DNA of 64,000 bases from Amoebidium appalachense (Eukaryota > Protista > Ichthyosporea). The position numbers and the translations under genes were made by a program. The notes beneath the pieces were generated by a model. It was not told the origin of the DNA. It did no database searches and saw only the letters and a program-made list of their open reading frames with translations. Positions 1 to 55,423 of this stretch are shown piece by piece. Numbering within the stretch: position 1 is the stretch's first letter; each line of letters opens with the position of its first letter. The stretch lies in the NCBI GenBank assembly GCA_963693365.1, contig CAVNZM010000002.1, forward strand, positions 1,612,001 to 1,676,000. Reading direction: 5' to 3'.

Positions 1-75
1 TCTGCAAGCCCCAGCCCCCCACCCACCACCACCACTCACTCACTCTCTCCGACTCCCTCCCTCCCTCTCTCTCCC

Positions 76-149
<74 letters not shown>

Positions 150-355
150 CGAGCTCCTCTATAACTAGACTCCCCCCCCCCCCCCCCCCCCCAAAAAAAG
201 GAACTTCCTCAAGAAATCGCACACACATACTTTACACACAGACGTACACACAGCATCACAACCCCCCTCCCCCCTCCCCCCTCCCCCCCCCCCCCCCCCC
301 CAAAAAAAGGGAGGGGGGGTATCAAACAAATCATCACGGTGTTCTACGTATACAG

Positions 356-430
356 GCATATAGAAGATGGATAAATATTGGAAACGTGCAAACCAGGTCT
401 TCTACCCCCCCCCCCCCCCTCCCCCTCCCC

Positions 431-464
<34 letters not shown>

Positions 465-793
465 ACCCCGGTTCCTTCCGGCCGTATCATTACACGAAGG
501 TATAATGTCCTACTCGAAGAGTAGCATGCATAGTGGTGCTAGCGTACCGTCAGCGACCTTGGGCCTTAAGCCTGGTGTACGTAGTGTCCGTGGGCCAGAT
601 ACAATTCCATACAGAACAGTGCACACGTCGATCTCCCACCCAGCGAATTGTAGGCCTATACCAGCTCACACAACACACGTTGAACTTGCCCTATCCCCCC
701 CCCCCCCCCCCCCCCCCCCTCACATCAGGTGATCGTTTTGCACGCTTTTTATGTCCACACAATTTCGTTTCCACTACTGGAACATGTCAGTAG
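356..793 (+). CDS. Possible terminal exons of an unidentified plus-strand gene entering from the left edge
   Basis: Flanks are C/CT-rich on +, like sense-strand introns elsewhere in the window. Candidate exons are tacag|356..396|gt and catcag|729..793 (DRFARFLCPHNFVSTTGTCQ*). No recognisable motif and the frames are not resolved. Confidence 0.2.
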
Positions 794-1492
794 AGTTGGT
801 CGGTTTACGAAAACGCTGTTTATTTCATTTCCAGGCTCAGGTGTCCAACAACACCATTAAGTCAGGACGAGGCCCATCCTCGCCAGCTACTCTCTATACC
901 TACTCCTTATATTGGTCTATTGCTGCTAGTGATGCACACCAAACAACAAAACAAAAAACATTGAAGAGGTATCCATTCAGATTATCACTTGCTATACATT
1001 ATCGGGGTTAAAATGTGCTGCAAGTGGACTGTGAAAGAAACCTTTTGTATACAAAAGTGGCAAGTTATCCTCTAGTTACCAGCACCGTACACAATAGGCA
1101 ATATTGCACTTCAGTGAGTGTCGAATTTGACATATACACTAAAAAGAACCCCCCAGAAAATGATTAGAAAGACCCCCACCCTCGTGGGGGGGGGGAACAA
1201 AACAAAAACAAAGTAAATAAAAAGGAGAATGATGAAAATTTTCATGAAAGAATAAGGCCACCAACAACTCAGGGCTCCAATTACAAAGCGGTGGAGGTTT
1301 ACGCATGATCAAACTACATACTAACTTGCCAGAATACCACCATTATTACAATTAAAAGAACAACAGAGCGAAACAAAAGATTTGCATACCAGTCACCAAA
1401 GCACTTTTGGACACCGTGCGGCATTGATGCATGTATGTATCATACACATGATTTTTAACAAATTAGCACTATCTCTCAAGTTTTAAAGAGCA

Positions 1493-15197
<13,705 letters not shown>

Positions 15198-16141
15198 AGA
15201 AACCACCAGTGAGATAACTATTCCGGCGTCAAACTTTGAAAATGTTGCTACGCGCAGATGTGGGCAGATCAGGGGTGGGCTGTGTGTGAGTGTAAGAGTG
15301 AGTGTGTGCCTGAGCTGTGTGCCTGTGTGCACTGGTACCTCAGCCCATACTCCGTGTGTTTAACCCTAGATCTAGGAGCACACAGAAGGGCTTAGCTGAA
15401 TGCATGACTCATCTTAAATGCAGGCAAGCTGAGCACAACATTTCTACCAAGAGAATGTCTGATAGTCAGAGCCGAATATGCGGAGACCGCGCCATGTCTA
15501 CAGAACTTGTGATTATTTCAAGGCAGTGCAAGCTTATGATGCTGATAACCCCCTATTACTTTTGCGGAATCCAGGCCGCATGCTTACCCCTTTGTTTCCG
15601 GTATGCGACTGGAGGTGTGATATTTTTGAAACACTGGAGGCACACAGCCAAGTGCTGTAAAGGGCCGACATGATCTTGCCTGAATGACTCGATCCACTGC
15701 CGTTTGAAATCTTCGCATCTTCAACTTTCTCCCTAACAGCCTCGTATGAATATGAATATCTAAGGTGCAGGGCTACTGCTACCTGGCATGAACTGAAGCT
15801 ATAGTATTGATCCCACGTACTCCACAAAGGGACAAACAGATCAGAAGAGGGAGGATGAACAAATAATGGCTAACTTGCTTTAGCTCAATCCCTACATGCT
15901 AGGGTGCAGGCACGTTCAAGTCCTCTACAGCTAAAAGAGCCAAAATACACAAACTAAATATGCTGAGCAACCTAAAACCTGGCTGTGAAAAAATCATACA
16001 GAAAGAAGTTGCTAACTGCATGCAGTAATACTACTCAGCATGCGACAGAGGGCAGAGTCAGTACTGTGACCCCTGCCTGATCATGAGTGCAGGCCTGAGG
16101 CCTCATAAGGAATCATTTGCGGCTCATTCACTTTTTGTTCC

Positions 16142-16184
16142 GCCAATCAGCACACGGCAGCATGGTGCATTCTGCGCCAATCAG
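16142..16184. promoter_or_regulatory. Tandem CCAAT (NF-Y-type) boxes, probable AFG1L promoter region
   Basis: Two GCCAATCAG motifs about 34 bp apart, upstream of the AFG1L start. Confidence 0.4.
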
Positions 16185-16339
16185 ATGTGTGCTCGAAAGG
16201 CGTGTAAAGAGCTCATGTAAAGTTTTCAGGGCTTCTCAGTGGCCTCTAAACAGTTTTACATGGTCCTAGGCAAACCCATAGCTCATATTTTTACAAATGG
16301 AGGGTTGTTTGTAGATTTTTTTTTTTTTGCCCCCGCTCC

Positions 16340-16373
<34 letters not shown>

Positions 16374-16513
16374 ACACGTCTGAACTAGATCCCATCACCT
16401 GTGGCAGGATCGTTGTACCGGTTCTGAGAACCCCCACCCACCCTCCCTCCCTATCCCACCCAACTCCAACAAAGACACTGCATTGACCGTGGCACACGCA
16501 GCCCGCCAGTCAT

Positions 16514-16546
<33 letters not shown>

Positions 16547-17407
16547 TTACCCCCACCCCCACCCTCCCCATCCTAGCTCGCATCGGCAAGGCACGGAAGC
16601 ACGCACTCGCGTCAAGCACGCACGCTCGCACGCACGCTTGCACGCAGACGCACACGCACATAGCCAGCCCCACCCTCCCCCCCGTGACCCCCCTCCTCGC
16701 CCAACCTGGCTACCTGCCAAAGCATTCACTCATATACGACAGGCTGTAGTGCCTGGTTTGTGGTTATGTGTTAGGTTTTTCGTTTTGTAGTTCCATTCCC
16801 GATGTGCTCGATTTACACATGCAAACAATTGGGGTTACCACGGCAGCCAGAAAAACATCCTTCGTTAAGCTTATTCATGCTAGTGCATTCTATGATTAGT
16901 TCTCTCGTCCTAATGTCAGCGAATGCACACACCACATGTGTGCCACACACGGCCTATGTATATGCATATACTTACGGTGCGCACTGGATGGGAATGCAAA
17001 AGCAGCGCTCCTGTAGGGGTGTTTATAACCTGTTGTCTGTTGCAAAAGACCTAGGGTCATTTCCAGACGCCTGTCACATATACGTTCGCTTACAAGATTC
17101 GAGCAGTCTGATTACATAACCCTGCTCAACTAGTTGTGCAAGGCGCAGTGCAATATTGGGTAGGCAAAAGGAGGTGTACATGTTTCGATCATCGGGTTCG
17201 TATGTTTCCCCCAGAGACTGCTCAGGCACGATTTGTGTGCCACAGAAAATTTATGTGTATGATCCTACATGAGATTGTGTCAAAGTGCACGAGGCCGGGG
17301 CAGGCAGTTGCCGTGTTCGTGAATGTGTATGGGATTTGTGTGCACCTCTCCGTGCGCACTGGTGTGTGTTGCACGCATGCGCGCACACGGCGTGTGTGTG
17401 CGTGTGT

Positions 17408-17441
<34 letters not shown>

Positions 17442-17918
17442 GGGGGGGGGGGGGGGGGGGAGGGGAGGGGGAAGGGAGGGAAGGTCTTTTTCTGACACAT
17501 ACCGAGTTACAGAATAGTGAAGCCTTGCATAAATTCCGTTACACAAGGTTTCAGACTTGAATTTACTGTATTTCTCGACGTCCACAACGGGTAAGTAAGA
17601 GACAGAGTATCATACAAAGTTCAGCCAAACGGTCAGACTTGATCTTTGGGTTTAGTTAGCGTTACCATCACAAATACAAAAAAAAACATACAGTACATGG
17701 CCAGCTCGAGGGTTCGAAGCTGACGCATTAAAAAGAACTACACATTCATTCCAAAATCATTATTTTAAAACTAAATGGCTATATCATTCGGCCGCACTTT
17801 TAGCCTCGTGTAGCCTTTTAAGGAGTACAACTTTAAATACATAATAAGCTCAACAACTTTAAAAAAACCAATACGTTTATTTAGTCAATAATTTTCTGTA
17901 AAATTTTTATTAAAAAAA

Positions 17919-19386
17919 TTACGTGTGTGTGAATGTGCCTGTCTTTAGCCACACAACACATTGACAAGTGGCACACATGACAGTTAGGAGTCCACCACAC
18001 ACAGATAAGGCAATACCAAGAACAAAACGAAACCGAATCGCCGAAGGATTAGATTCAAGGTTCTTTCTGTATGCAGACCAATAAAACAGTCCCGGCATCA
18101 CCAACATTAGCGGCATTGCAAACCACACGCCAAACACACGGTAGATGTCGCTAAGGGTAGGAAACAAAAGAGAAACCCCAGCAATCACCAACAAAACAAT
18201 AAAATTCGAACAGCACCACACAGAAATCTGTCTCGTGCGAGCTGAAAGAGATGAAAAGTAGGAAAAAACATCACAGACCAGATTGGTGAACTCCTCCTTT
18301 GTAGCCCCTGCCGATGAACAGCAGATAAGCGTCGCGTGAAGGGCAAAGGCAACTCGCAGAACAGCCAACGCATTCGTCTCGGGCAGATTAACAAAAACAT
18401 CTCCAGCCAGGTTTGTTCCATACACTGCGTAACTGGCCAGCCCAAAGAATATATACGACCCACAGGCAGTGCCGTATGCATAGCGCACGGTGTTGTCGAT
18501 ACTGGCCTTGGTGGGTGATTCCAGATGCCCAAAAGTCGTGAAGAGCCGATAGTGTCCACAGAACGCAAACACAAACATCGGCAGGTTTCCCAACACAACA
18601 ACGGCGGATCGGTTGGCAACCAGTGTAGAACCCCGGCACTCAGGTCCCATGGGAGAACCAAGGCACGGGTCAAACCACTGTGTGCCCTGACGAGAAAACG
18701 CATACACGGTGAGAAGAATCACGAGGACGGGGATGCATATTGAAGTTGTTGCAAGCAGGTATCTTAGCGTCCCCCCACAACCGTTGAAGCATACAACAAT
18801 GCACGTGAAAACCCACGCAATGAACTGCCAGAAGACTCGAGAACGGTAAAGTGAAACGAATTCTTCGTGGAAGGCAGCCGTAGCCACGGGTGTGATTAAG
18901 TCACCTACAACAACCAGCGCAGCCGCGCCGTATGCCGCACCCACTGCAAGAGAACAAATCTGTGAAATGAAAGGTATTGCCTTCGCGCGTAGCGTCCAAA
19001 TACTGTAAAACGTGGGTGATTTTTCCTGTTTGTTCTTCCCGTGGTAGGCGCGCACAGTCGAGAAGGAGGGCCGAGCCGAAGTTAGCCCAGCAGGCAAAAA
19101 CGACCAAGAGAAACCAGCCCACTACCCACCCGACACTGTCAAATGCATCACCAATGGAAAGTATTCCTATGGGGGTTATGGCACTCACAACGTCATACAC
19201 AGACCGTGCTACACCTGTAGGTTTGTTTGCAGAGTCGAAATCGCGTGTTGTGTCGCTAGACACAGACACTACTGAACACGCATCAATCGCTGTTGCTCGT
19301 GCATCTACAAAGAGGGGGTGATTGTGATAGCCCTTTGGACCGGTTGGTTCGTATTTTTGGTGCACCAGGCAGACTACGTGCGCCAT
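17919..19386 (-). pseudogene. Intronless amino-acid transporter (AAAP/SLC38-AVT family, Aa_trans) with one frameshift; pseudogene or assembly error
   Basis: ORF 19386-18901 gives TM1-2 (ITPIGILSIGDAFDSVGWVVGWFLLVVF). ORF 19097-17919 gives the remaining helices (LVVVGDL, TLRYL, MFVFAFCGH, FGLASYAVYG, VMPGLFY). The frames most plausibly join at GCGCGC 19048-19053, giving about 488 aa. Confidence 0.75.
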
Positions 19387-21171
19387 GGTATTGAAGGTTG
19401 ATGGTTTCTAAATAAATAAATAAAAATTCTGGTTTAGGTTCGTGTAGGCATTTCTCTATGACTGTGGCTGTTGACAGCATACAACAGACTGTGTGCATGC
19501 TTCTCAGCATAGAAGCATGCACAATCATCGAGTCAAACGAGTCAAACGGGTGAGGATGTGCATACGCGAATGTCGTGCTTCAACAACAGTGGTACATATT
19601 TTCCTCGCTTAGGCTGTGGCAATTTATAAGAGCTAATATATATGTATTCACCTCTAGGTCTTTCATAAGGATTAGCCCTACTTCAGCTCCCTGCAAGGCA
19701 TGGAAAGAGAGAGAAACTGAATGTTGAATCCAACGAAGCGCTCACACTTTGTACACACTGGGTGGGGTTGTGACTGTGAGTCTGTTATATGGTGCGTACC
19801 CCGCGTTCCAGGATGCGAAATACGGGTCCCAATTTGGCGACATCTAATAATAAGTGGTAAACATTTCCCCTTCAGATTCCATTATCATCTCCACATTATA
19901 TGGATGCTAGTATATATATATAATACTATTTCTCAAAGTCACCAAATACGGCAGTTAGGGATATAGTATATAAGAATATATACACACTGTGTGACATTAG
20001 TCTTCGGGCTGTCGGGCCGAGGGCCAAATAAAATTTCTCCTAATTCACACCCTGCAATGCTGCATGCCACCGCCGGACCGGTTGCCGTTTTTGGGAAGGA
20101 TCGTTCCAAACGCCCTTTCTATTGGCCTAGTTCCGCCAATAGTCGATAAGTAGTTTCTGCAGTTGATTGGTTCATATGGAATGCATTATTGTAGTCCGAG
20201 TCCGACTCCGCCGTGCCGAAATTGCAACTCGATACATATAGCCTAATTAATATTAAGTAGTAAGTAAAATGATGTTAGAGGCAACAGGTTTTATCAAAGG
20301 TAAACGAGCTAATATTAGTTTATTTAAGTCCCTAATCTGTATACTTCAATTAATGTGACAGTCGCATGACGGCGCCGGGGGGGGTCCGGATGATCTTAAC
20401 AAAACAATATATAACTGTTTTTATAACTTTACTTCACTGTTATGCTCATGCCTCATTTGCAAAGAAGAAAGCTAAACCCTACTACATATGAAATTTATAT
20501 TTGTCGCCTCAAGTGGGGGTGCCGGCACCGGGTACCAGTGGCCTACATAGCTGCGCAGTTGCCAGCATGATGCGCAGGGCCGCCTGGGCTGCGGCTCAAA
20601 TTGCATCTAGAGTCAACTACCTTATGCTCTAGGGAGACATGGAGCGCCGTCGGAGTGGACCATGCGGTCCACCGCTCTGCCATATTTAGGCTGTTTGCAA
20701 AGTTAAGTTATTTGTGATTGGATACCTCCAGCCAATGACATATGACTCTACCCTGATTGGCTCGCTGGGGTGATTCAAAAATGCTCGCGCATACAAGTGC
20801 ATTGTGAAACACAAGGCCCTACATCATGGGGCCACAGTCTGGGCACACACGTGTGGGGCCACACACTGTGACGGGCCCGTATCAATGACGTGCACAAACC
20901 ATCGAGACCAACTTCAAACCTACAGTGGTGATATATGGTTATACTTTTATTATGTTTGCATGCATTTCAGAATGGCGCCGGCCCACATCCTGACAATAAT
21001 ATCACGTCGTGTAACACATGCATGTGTACGTACTACACGGTTTGCATGCATCATTCGTTCACACACGTGATGGTGATTGCCGGTGCACGTGCAGCACTCA
21101 CACAGGCAGTGCACCCCCCCCCCCCCCCCCCCCCCCCCGGGTCCCCTTCCGCCCACACGCCGTGATCTCAT

Positions 21172-21980
<809 letters not shown>

Positions 21981-23113
21981 ATACATCAATGACCACCACA
22001 GTGAATCAGCAGATTCTGCCCGGGGACACCTGCTAGCTAATTGTTTTTTCCCCTCCGGATCCATATATATTTATTGACACCTGTTGTGTCTCTTGTGTGC
22101 ATACGTGTGTTGAAGTGGGTTCTTTGAACGGAATTATAGCGGAAAAGGCAACACGACACCAACACTGGGGGTTGCGGGAGCTCACTCGTTTCCCTAACCC
22201 TTTACTATCGGCTCTCTGCACAGCACAGAGCGCAGGCTGATGTACAGGATCGTGCCTCCAGGACACGTAGGCGCACTCATTGAATACCTCAATCCAAATA
22301 TGGAGCGCCAGGGTCGCATCCGAATGGCTACGCATCTATTGGTATTTACCGAATATGGCGCAATCACACCACCTTCATAATAATAAGGGCACACAGCACA
22401 CAACATGTAAAGCTACAGGTCCGAGGTCACACGCTGAGAAATCTAACTATGAACAAACTTGAAGTATCCTAACTTACTGATTTCGTGCCAAGCAATATAC
22501 GTGGACATGTGGGCCGTACAGTATCTGTGCTTCCTGTTTGTGCCACTGCAGCATTCCACAATGTGTGTTTGAAGACATTGCCGTCTTACATCATAGTACC
22601 TAAATTCGCCGAGTCAGACATCTATGTGATCATTATTTTTAAATTTTCAATTTTTATTTATTAATTTCACCTTGCCGACCCCAGACAAGTTGAAGCCATG
22701 ATCATGCGGCAACTGGGGTTACGGCGCATTATCTACCGTCTCCCACCAAGCACCGACCTCGGCTGTACGGGCCCTATCTAGGGGGCAACAGGTGAAATAG
22801 CTTCTATACACTAACACTGTTACCGATTCGACTACTCAGTACACAATGAGCGCCAGCCGAGGGCTTTTGCCCACTAGAAGTGGCAGTCTCCTTTATTATC
22901 ACGATTCATGATGTATGACAACAACTTAGAAGCTTCATACCACCAACACACTTATCAGTTCCTGTTGAATGCTCAGTGACATACACACATGTTTGGAATC
23001 ATTTCACCTACACGTACATCATCGTATTGGGTTGCAATTGGTTGCAACTGCTTATTATGTATATGCCGAGGATACTTCATGCATATACATAAAAGTGTGA
23101 GCAATATCACCCT

Positions 23114-23365
23114 AACCATCACCGATATACCATTCATCAACGTGGATATACGTTACATGAACATATACGGTGGATATGCTTTTCATCACCGCGGATATCA
23201 TGGCAATTCATCCCCGTGGATATACATTTAATCACAGAGTGTGTAAATTCACGATCATCCCTGCGTATATACAATGCATGACAGTGGGTATACATTTCAC
23301 TGGCACCGTGTGCTGATATATTTCATCGCCTTGGATATACATTTCATCATCCGCATATATACGGT
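23114..23365. repeat. Degenerate ~21-bp tandem repeat (consensus TTCATCACCGTGGATATACAT)
   Basis: Recurring ttcatcaacgtggatatacg, ttcatcaccgcggatatc, ttcatccccgtggatatacat and ttcatcgccttggatatacat. Confidence 0.65.
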
Positions 23366-23467
23366 ATGTGTCAATATTCTATATAAGCTTGTTGGAATCT
23401 TCAAATATGAACAAACGAGATATAACAGATATCTCAGAAATAAAACAATCGAAGCACATGACGTGTG

Positions 23468-32410
<8,943 letters not shown>

Positions 32411-33391
32411 GTCGCCGATTCTCAATAAGCACTTTCAGGAGCCTTGTTTTACCCTTCTCTGCGGTGCTTTCATCTGTTCATCAGTTACTGGAGTTTTGTG
32501 GTTCCTTGTGTGCACAAACTGCAACGTTCAAGCAAGTAGCCTGCTCATTGAAGATGTAATGAGGGTTAAGAGAGCAGTCCCAGAAAACTTTGTGTACACA
32601 AAATTGATAGGTTGCTTTGCGATTCTTCTTCAACTATTGCCTCTATAACACGTCACTGAGTGGAGTCGCTCATCAGGGCAGCGTGAGCCTCAGTGACGCC
32701 TTGTCACGAACTTGTGTGTTATCAACTTGAGAATCCGTGGTGCCAAATTACCCAATCAAAGTTAGATTGGCACTGGTGCGTGATAGACTAATGGCATTGT
32801 CGTATCGTTAGCTTTATAAAGTCAGTTTTGGTAGCCATATTTGGTGTCATTCCCCCACCTCCCCCCCCCCCCCCCCCCCCCCCCCCCATCCTCCCTCCTC
32901 CTCCTCCCGGGGGTCCCCTCGCCACCATGCACCATGGCCACCAAACAAACAAATTGCAAACCACACACACACACGAAAAAAAAAAAAAAAAAAAGTTAGA
33001 CCGTTTGAGACCGTTTAACCAGGAGGTCTTGGTCAAGCCCCTGCTGCCTGCGCCCATGTCTTTGATGTGTGCATGGACATCGACACCCACAAGGGCCACA
33101 CACATGCCATCATTTACTTCACTACTGCAGGCTGAGCGGTGGTTCATGCAAGTTCACGTGCAACATTTTGTGCACACGCTGACCAGCAGCTGCATGCACA
33201 TTATTCATGACCTAACAGGCAGACACTCTAAAACCAACGCTAAGCACAGGCTTAGGTGACGCAACGGTTACCGTACGACAACCGTCTTCCCTTTGTTGCC
33301 AGAGTGGTGCCAGGTTTGTATATTACATCGGGTTTGACCAGGACCCCCTCCTCCCCCCCTTCCCCCCTCCCATTGAGTGTGTGCTTCTTTG

Positions 33392-33455
<64 letters not shown>

Positions 33456-33530
33456 ATGTGTTGTATAACGTTCGTAATTCTTATACGTGTCCGTGCCTCA
33501 GTGATTTTGTATAACATTGTGCGCGCGCGC

Positions 33531-33640
<110 letters not shown>

Positions 33641-33827
33641 TGTGTGTGACTGTGTCCGTGTGTGTGTGTGTCAGTCAGTACACACACCTATGCAGGTCAC
33701 CATAGCCGTGCAATTTGTGTCTGTTTACGCGCATGTGGAAAAACAAGAAGATCTAAATACTGCACACTGCAGCCCAGTGGCATTCAAGCTTTCATAGCCA
33801 AATCAGGATAAGTGACGGGAATAAATA

Positions 33828-41682
<7,855 letters not shown>

Positions 41683-42810
41683 TTTCGCTGCTTTTTCCTT
41701 GATGTCGATGCTCTGGCGGACGGCCGGAGAGAACTACTTCCGTATGTACTAAGAGAGGCTTGCTTTTACTGATCAATCAAGAAAAAGCGGTGGGGGTCCA
41801 GCTAACAAGGTTTTGGTACAAGGAATCACTCAGAAAGGACAAGGTAAGAAAGTAACAAACACTCCCGGACTTCTCTGAGCCTGCCCCCTCACCGACTGTG
41901 GGTGGTGTTAACTTTCAAAAAGCTGAAATAAGGTCGAGCAATGATAGTGCTAGCCTCTTTCCGAGCTAAACTGGGCTGCAAGCTTGATCTCTTTTGGTTC
42001 AGACATGAATCTCCAGCTCCCTCTCTCTCCCTCTCCCTTCTCTTGTCTCTCGCTCTCTCGCTCTCTCGCTCTCTCTCACTCCTCCATCTCTCTCTCTCTC
42101 CCTGGAAATGTTATTGTTTTCCTTCTCAACGCCCAGTTGGTGCCTTACTTATCCTCTGTCCACTCGACTTGCTGTGTCTAGCTTTTTACTTTTACTACGG
42201 CCCTGTCAGCCTGGCACACGTTTCAACAACTCCACTTTTGCGTAAATAAAAAGCCCGCCCAAATGCATTCCAGAGTCCCCTAGCTGATTGGCTTTTTATC
42301 ATTTTTGTCTAATCTCATGTAACCCTTGGCGACATATGATATCGTATAGAACAATCTTTATCGGCGGCGATCTCTCTAAAGATAATAGGAAATGTGATTG
42401 GCTAACATTTTTTATTGGTGCTTTGTGCCCGTGATATGTGAGCCACTTCTTCAAAGACGTCGGGAATCAAGGCCGGCCTTTGTTTTTCTCGATTTTCATG
42501 GGGAATAATAACTGAAAAACATGGTTTGCACCCCTGAGGAATGAGGTCTTTGTTCTCTGGGTAGATGAGGTACTAGTGTAGAGTTTTACATGGATTTCTG
42601 GCTAAGTTTCAAGTAGATGCACATATAATGCTATAGAACTGGGGTGTGGAAGAACTCCATTCTATGTTTGACTAGGTCGAAACCAGATCCTTCAAAAAAT
42701 ATCAGGGGCCACGTCAACGCGGAGATTTCGTGCCCAGGCTTAAGAGAGGAATATATCTTGGTGAATTTTAAGACTGTGGGCTATGAGGTGATAGCAGCGA
42801 AAACAACACC
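41683..42810. promoter_or_regulatory. Divergent (bidirectional) promoter interval between NUP54 and FHIP
   Basis: Head-to-head ATGs 1.1 kb apart; reverse CCAAT boxes TGATTGGCT near 42285 and 42394; almost free of homopolymer runs. Confidence 0.55.
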
Positions 42811-52893
<10,083 letters not shown>

Positions 52894-53020
52894 TAAACTA
52901 CGTTGGTTTCTTGGTGTATATTTTTTTGTATTTTTTGTTTCCCCCCCGCGCTTTCCCCACCCACACACATGCACACAACACCACCTTTGTACAAGTTGTG
53001 CTTTGGGTAGGCATGGATGT

Positions 53021-53133
<113 letters not shown>

Positions 53134-54362
53134 TAGGGCGTTGAGTGCGGCATCTCGAATAGTTTTACAATACAGTTATGTGTGAAGATGCAAAGATCGC
53201 AAACACACAACGAAAAAGATAACTGGTAAAGACCCACGCATAAACATCCCCAAACCCACATAAGGGCACACACAGACACCCACACGGATAGATGGGCGCC
53301 CAGAGGCAGATATACACACACAGCGATTGCACACGCGCATGGGCGCTTTTGGGGCATACATAGCACCAACTCTGTTGCGTGAATGATTTTAGACCAATTA
53401 TTGGGCTTTGCTCGTGGGTCTCATGACGAACTAATGAAGAAACCGTATGGTCATGTATGCACATCAGGACTGGTTCCTGTAACTAACTGAAAGTTGTGTT
53501 TGTGTGATGAATTACTGCATGTGCATATATACGAGATTTGTAAATAAGGAGATATTTCATATGGTGTCATATGGATATGTATTAAAGCGAAGGTGCAGTA
53601 AGGGTGTATTTACGACTATGATACAGCCTCATGTTGTATACAAGTGCTTCAATAAAGACTTGTATACGTGTATTCTACCATGGCCAACCTCCGGGTTGCC
53701 TCCGATTTACCTCACAGTTTTACTTCTGGTTCGATTGAGTCACGCACATGGAAAGAATCTGTATAGAATAGAATAACTTATGGTATGTTGCACTCACGAT
53801 TGTGCCATGTAGTATTTGCAGTGATGAGCATGTCTGCATGGTCTTATGGGTGCGGTGCAATGGGTGTCCTCCATGCGTGGGGGTTGATCTAAATTGGAAA
53901 TCTGTGGTGACTGAATTATGAACTATTCACGAATACTCCATGAATACCTCCGCAATATTTCTGGGTAATTCACAATTTTCAAAGTTAACCCACCCTGCCC
54001 CGCCAAACCCCCCCCCCCCCCCCCCCCCTCCCCCTCCCCTCCTCTCCCCAGTTTCCCCCCGCGGATCCCTGCTTTCTCTTTCGCGGTTCAGTCATGTGAA
54101 ATGAAATAGCATTAATAGGTGACTCCAGGGTGAGTGTGGGCGCAAAGGGCTCTAAAGTGTCTGGGCCCATGTGTGAACTGCTCAGTGGAAGTGTGTAGTG
54201 TGTGTGTGTGTGTGTGTTTGGTTGTGTGTGTGTGCGCGCGTGTTGCGTGTGTGTGTATGTGTGTGTTGGGGGGCCTGTGTGGTCCGGGAGGGAGGGGGTG
54301 GGAGGAGGGGGGGGGGGGGCTTGTTGGGGGGGAGGGCAGGAAGGGGAGGGGGGGGGGGGGGG

Positions 54363-54403
<41 letters not shown>

Positions 54404-55310
54404 AGGGGCGGGGGCGGAGGGGGGGGGGGGGGGGGGGGCTACAGTCGATCAGTGTAACCATAATCCCCTTGCTTAACTATCATGAAGCCTTAGTGGCCTC
54501 AGACTGTGGAAGTGGCCTTTCCGTATGGAAATTTCATGCTGGGGGTGAGGGGGGGAGAGGGGGGGGGATGGGGGAAGGAGGGGATGGGGATATGGGGAAA
54601 GAGTGGTTGTACGTGGAAGTTTTTGTTTCAAGATTCAAACTACACACAGTAAGTTAATATTATCATCATTTAGCATGTGCAATTTTATGTGCATCACAAA
54701 AAATCGCACGTGCAAGCAGTACTACGTACATTGAGTCGCTGCACTGGGCTACGACATCTCAACTATCCAACAAGTGCAAACAGTTGATTTCAGCCAATCA
54801 CGTGGCGTACTCAAGTACGTGTGCGCTTTTTTATACATAGAGAAGATTGAACAGAAACCTGTACAATGAGTACATACTTAGGCGCTTTCTCGAGCATACA
54901 ACTTGATAATAGAATATGTGCAAACAGTACTGCCAGGTTCCTTGGGTAAACCGGACGCATTACGCGAGGCAGGGCAAACTGTAACCAGACATTGTGATTG
55001 CGCATGTTTGTGGCACAGAAGATTTCCGTGCAATGGATTTTGTAACCGGAATTTTTATGTATTAAAATTACGAGCCCATGGCATATCCCTACTATGTCGT
55101 TATAGTAAACTAAATTCCGGTGCAACCAGGAATGGCATAGGCGTGCAAATTGCGCATCTGATGTGCAAGCACTGTACTGAGAGGCTGACGGTTCATCAAA
55201 ACGCGAACTAAGGTTTGTATAATTCGAGGTAGGTTAGAGAGAGAGAGACTCGGAGGGGGGGAGAGAGACGCAGGGATAGAGAAAGAGAGAGAAGGTGGGG
55301 AGGGAGGGAA

Positions 55311-55343
<33 letters not shown>

Positions 55344-55382
55344 GAGCCGGAGAGATAGAGAGAGAGAGCCGTTGAGAGGGGT

Positions 55383-55423
<41 letters not shown>

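Noticed and set aside
17698-17725. tRNA/B-box-like GGGTTCGAAGC
   Set aside because: No cloverleaf or properly spaced A box; I found no tRNA or rRNA in the window by eye.
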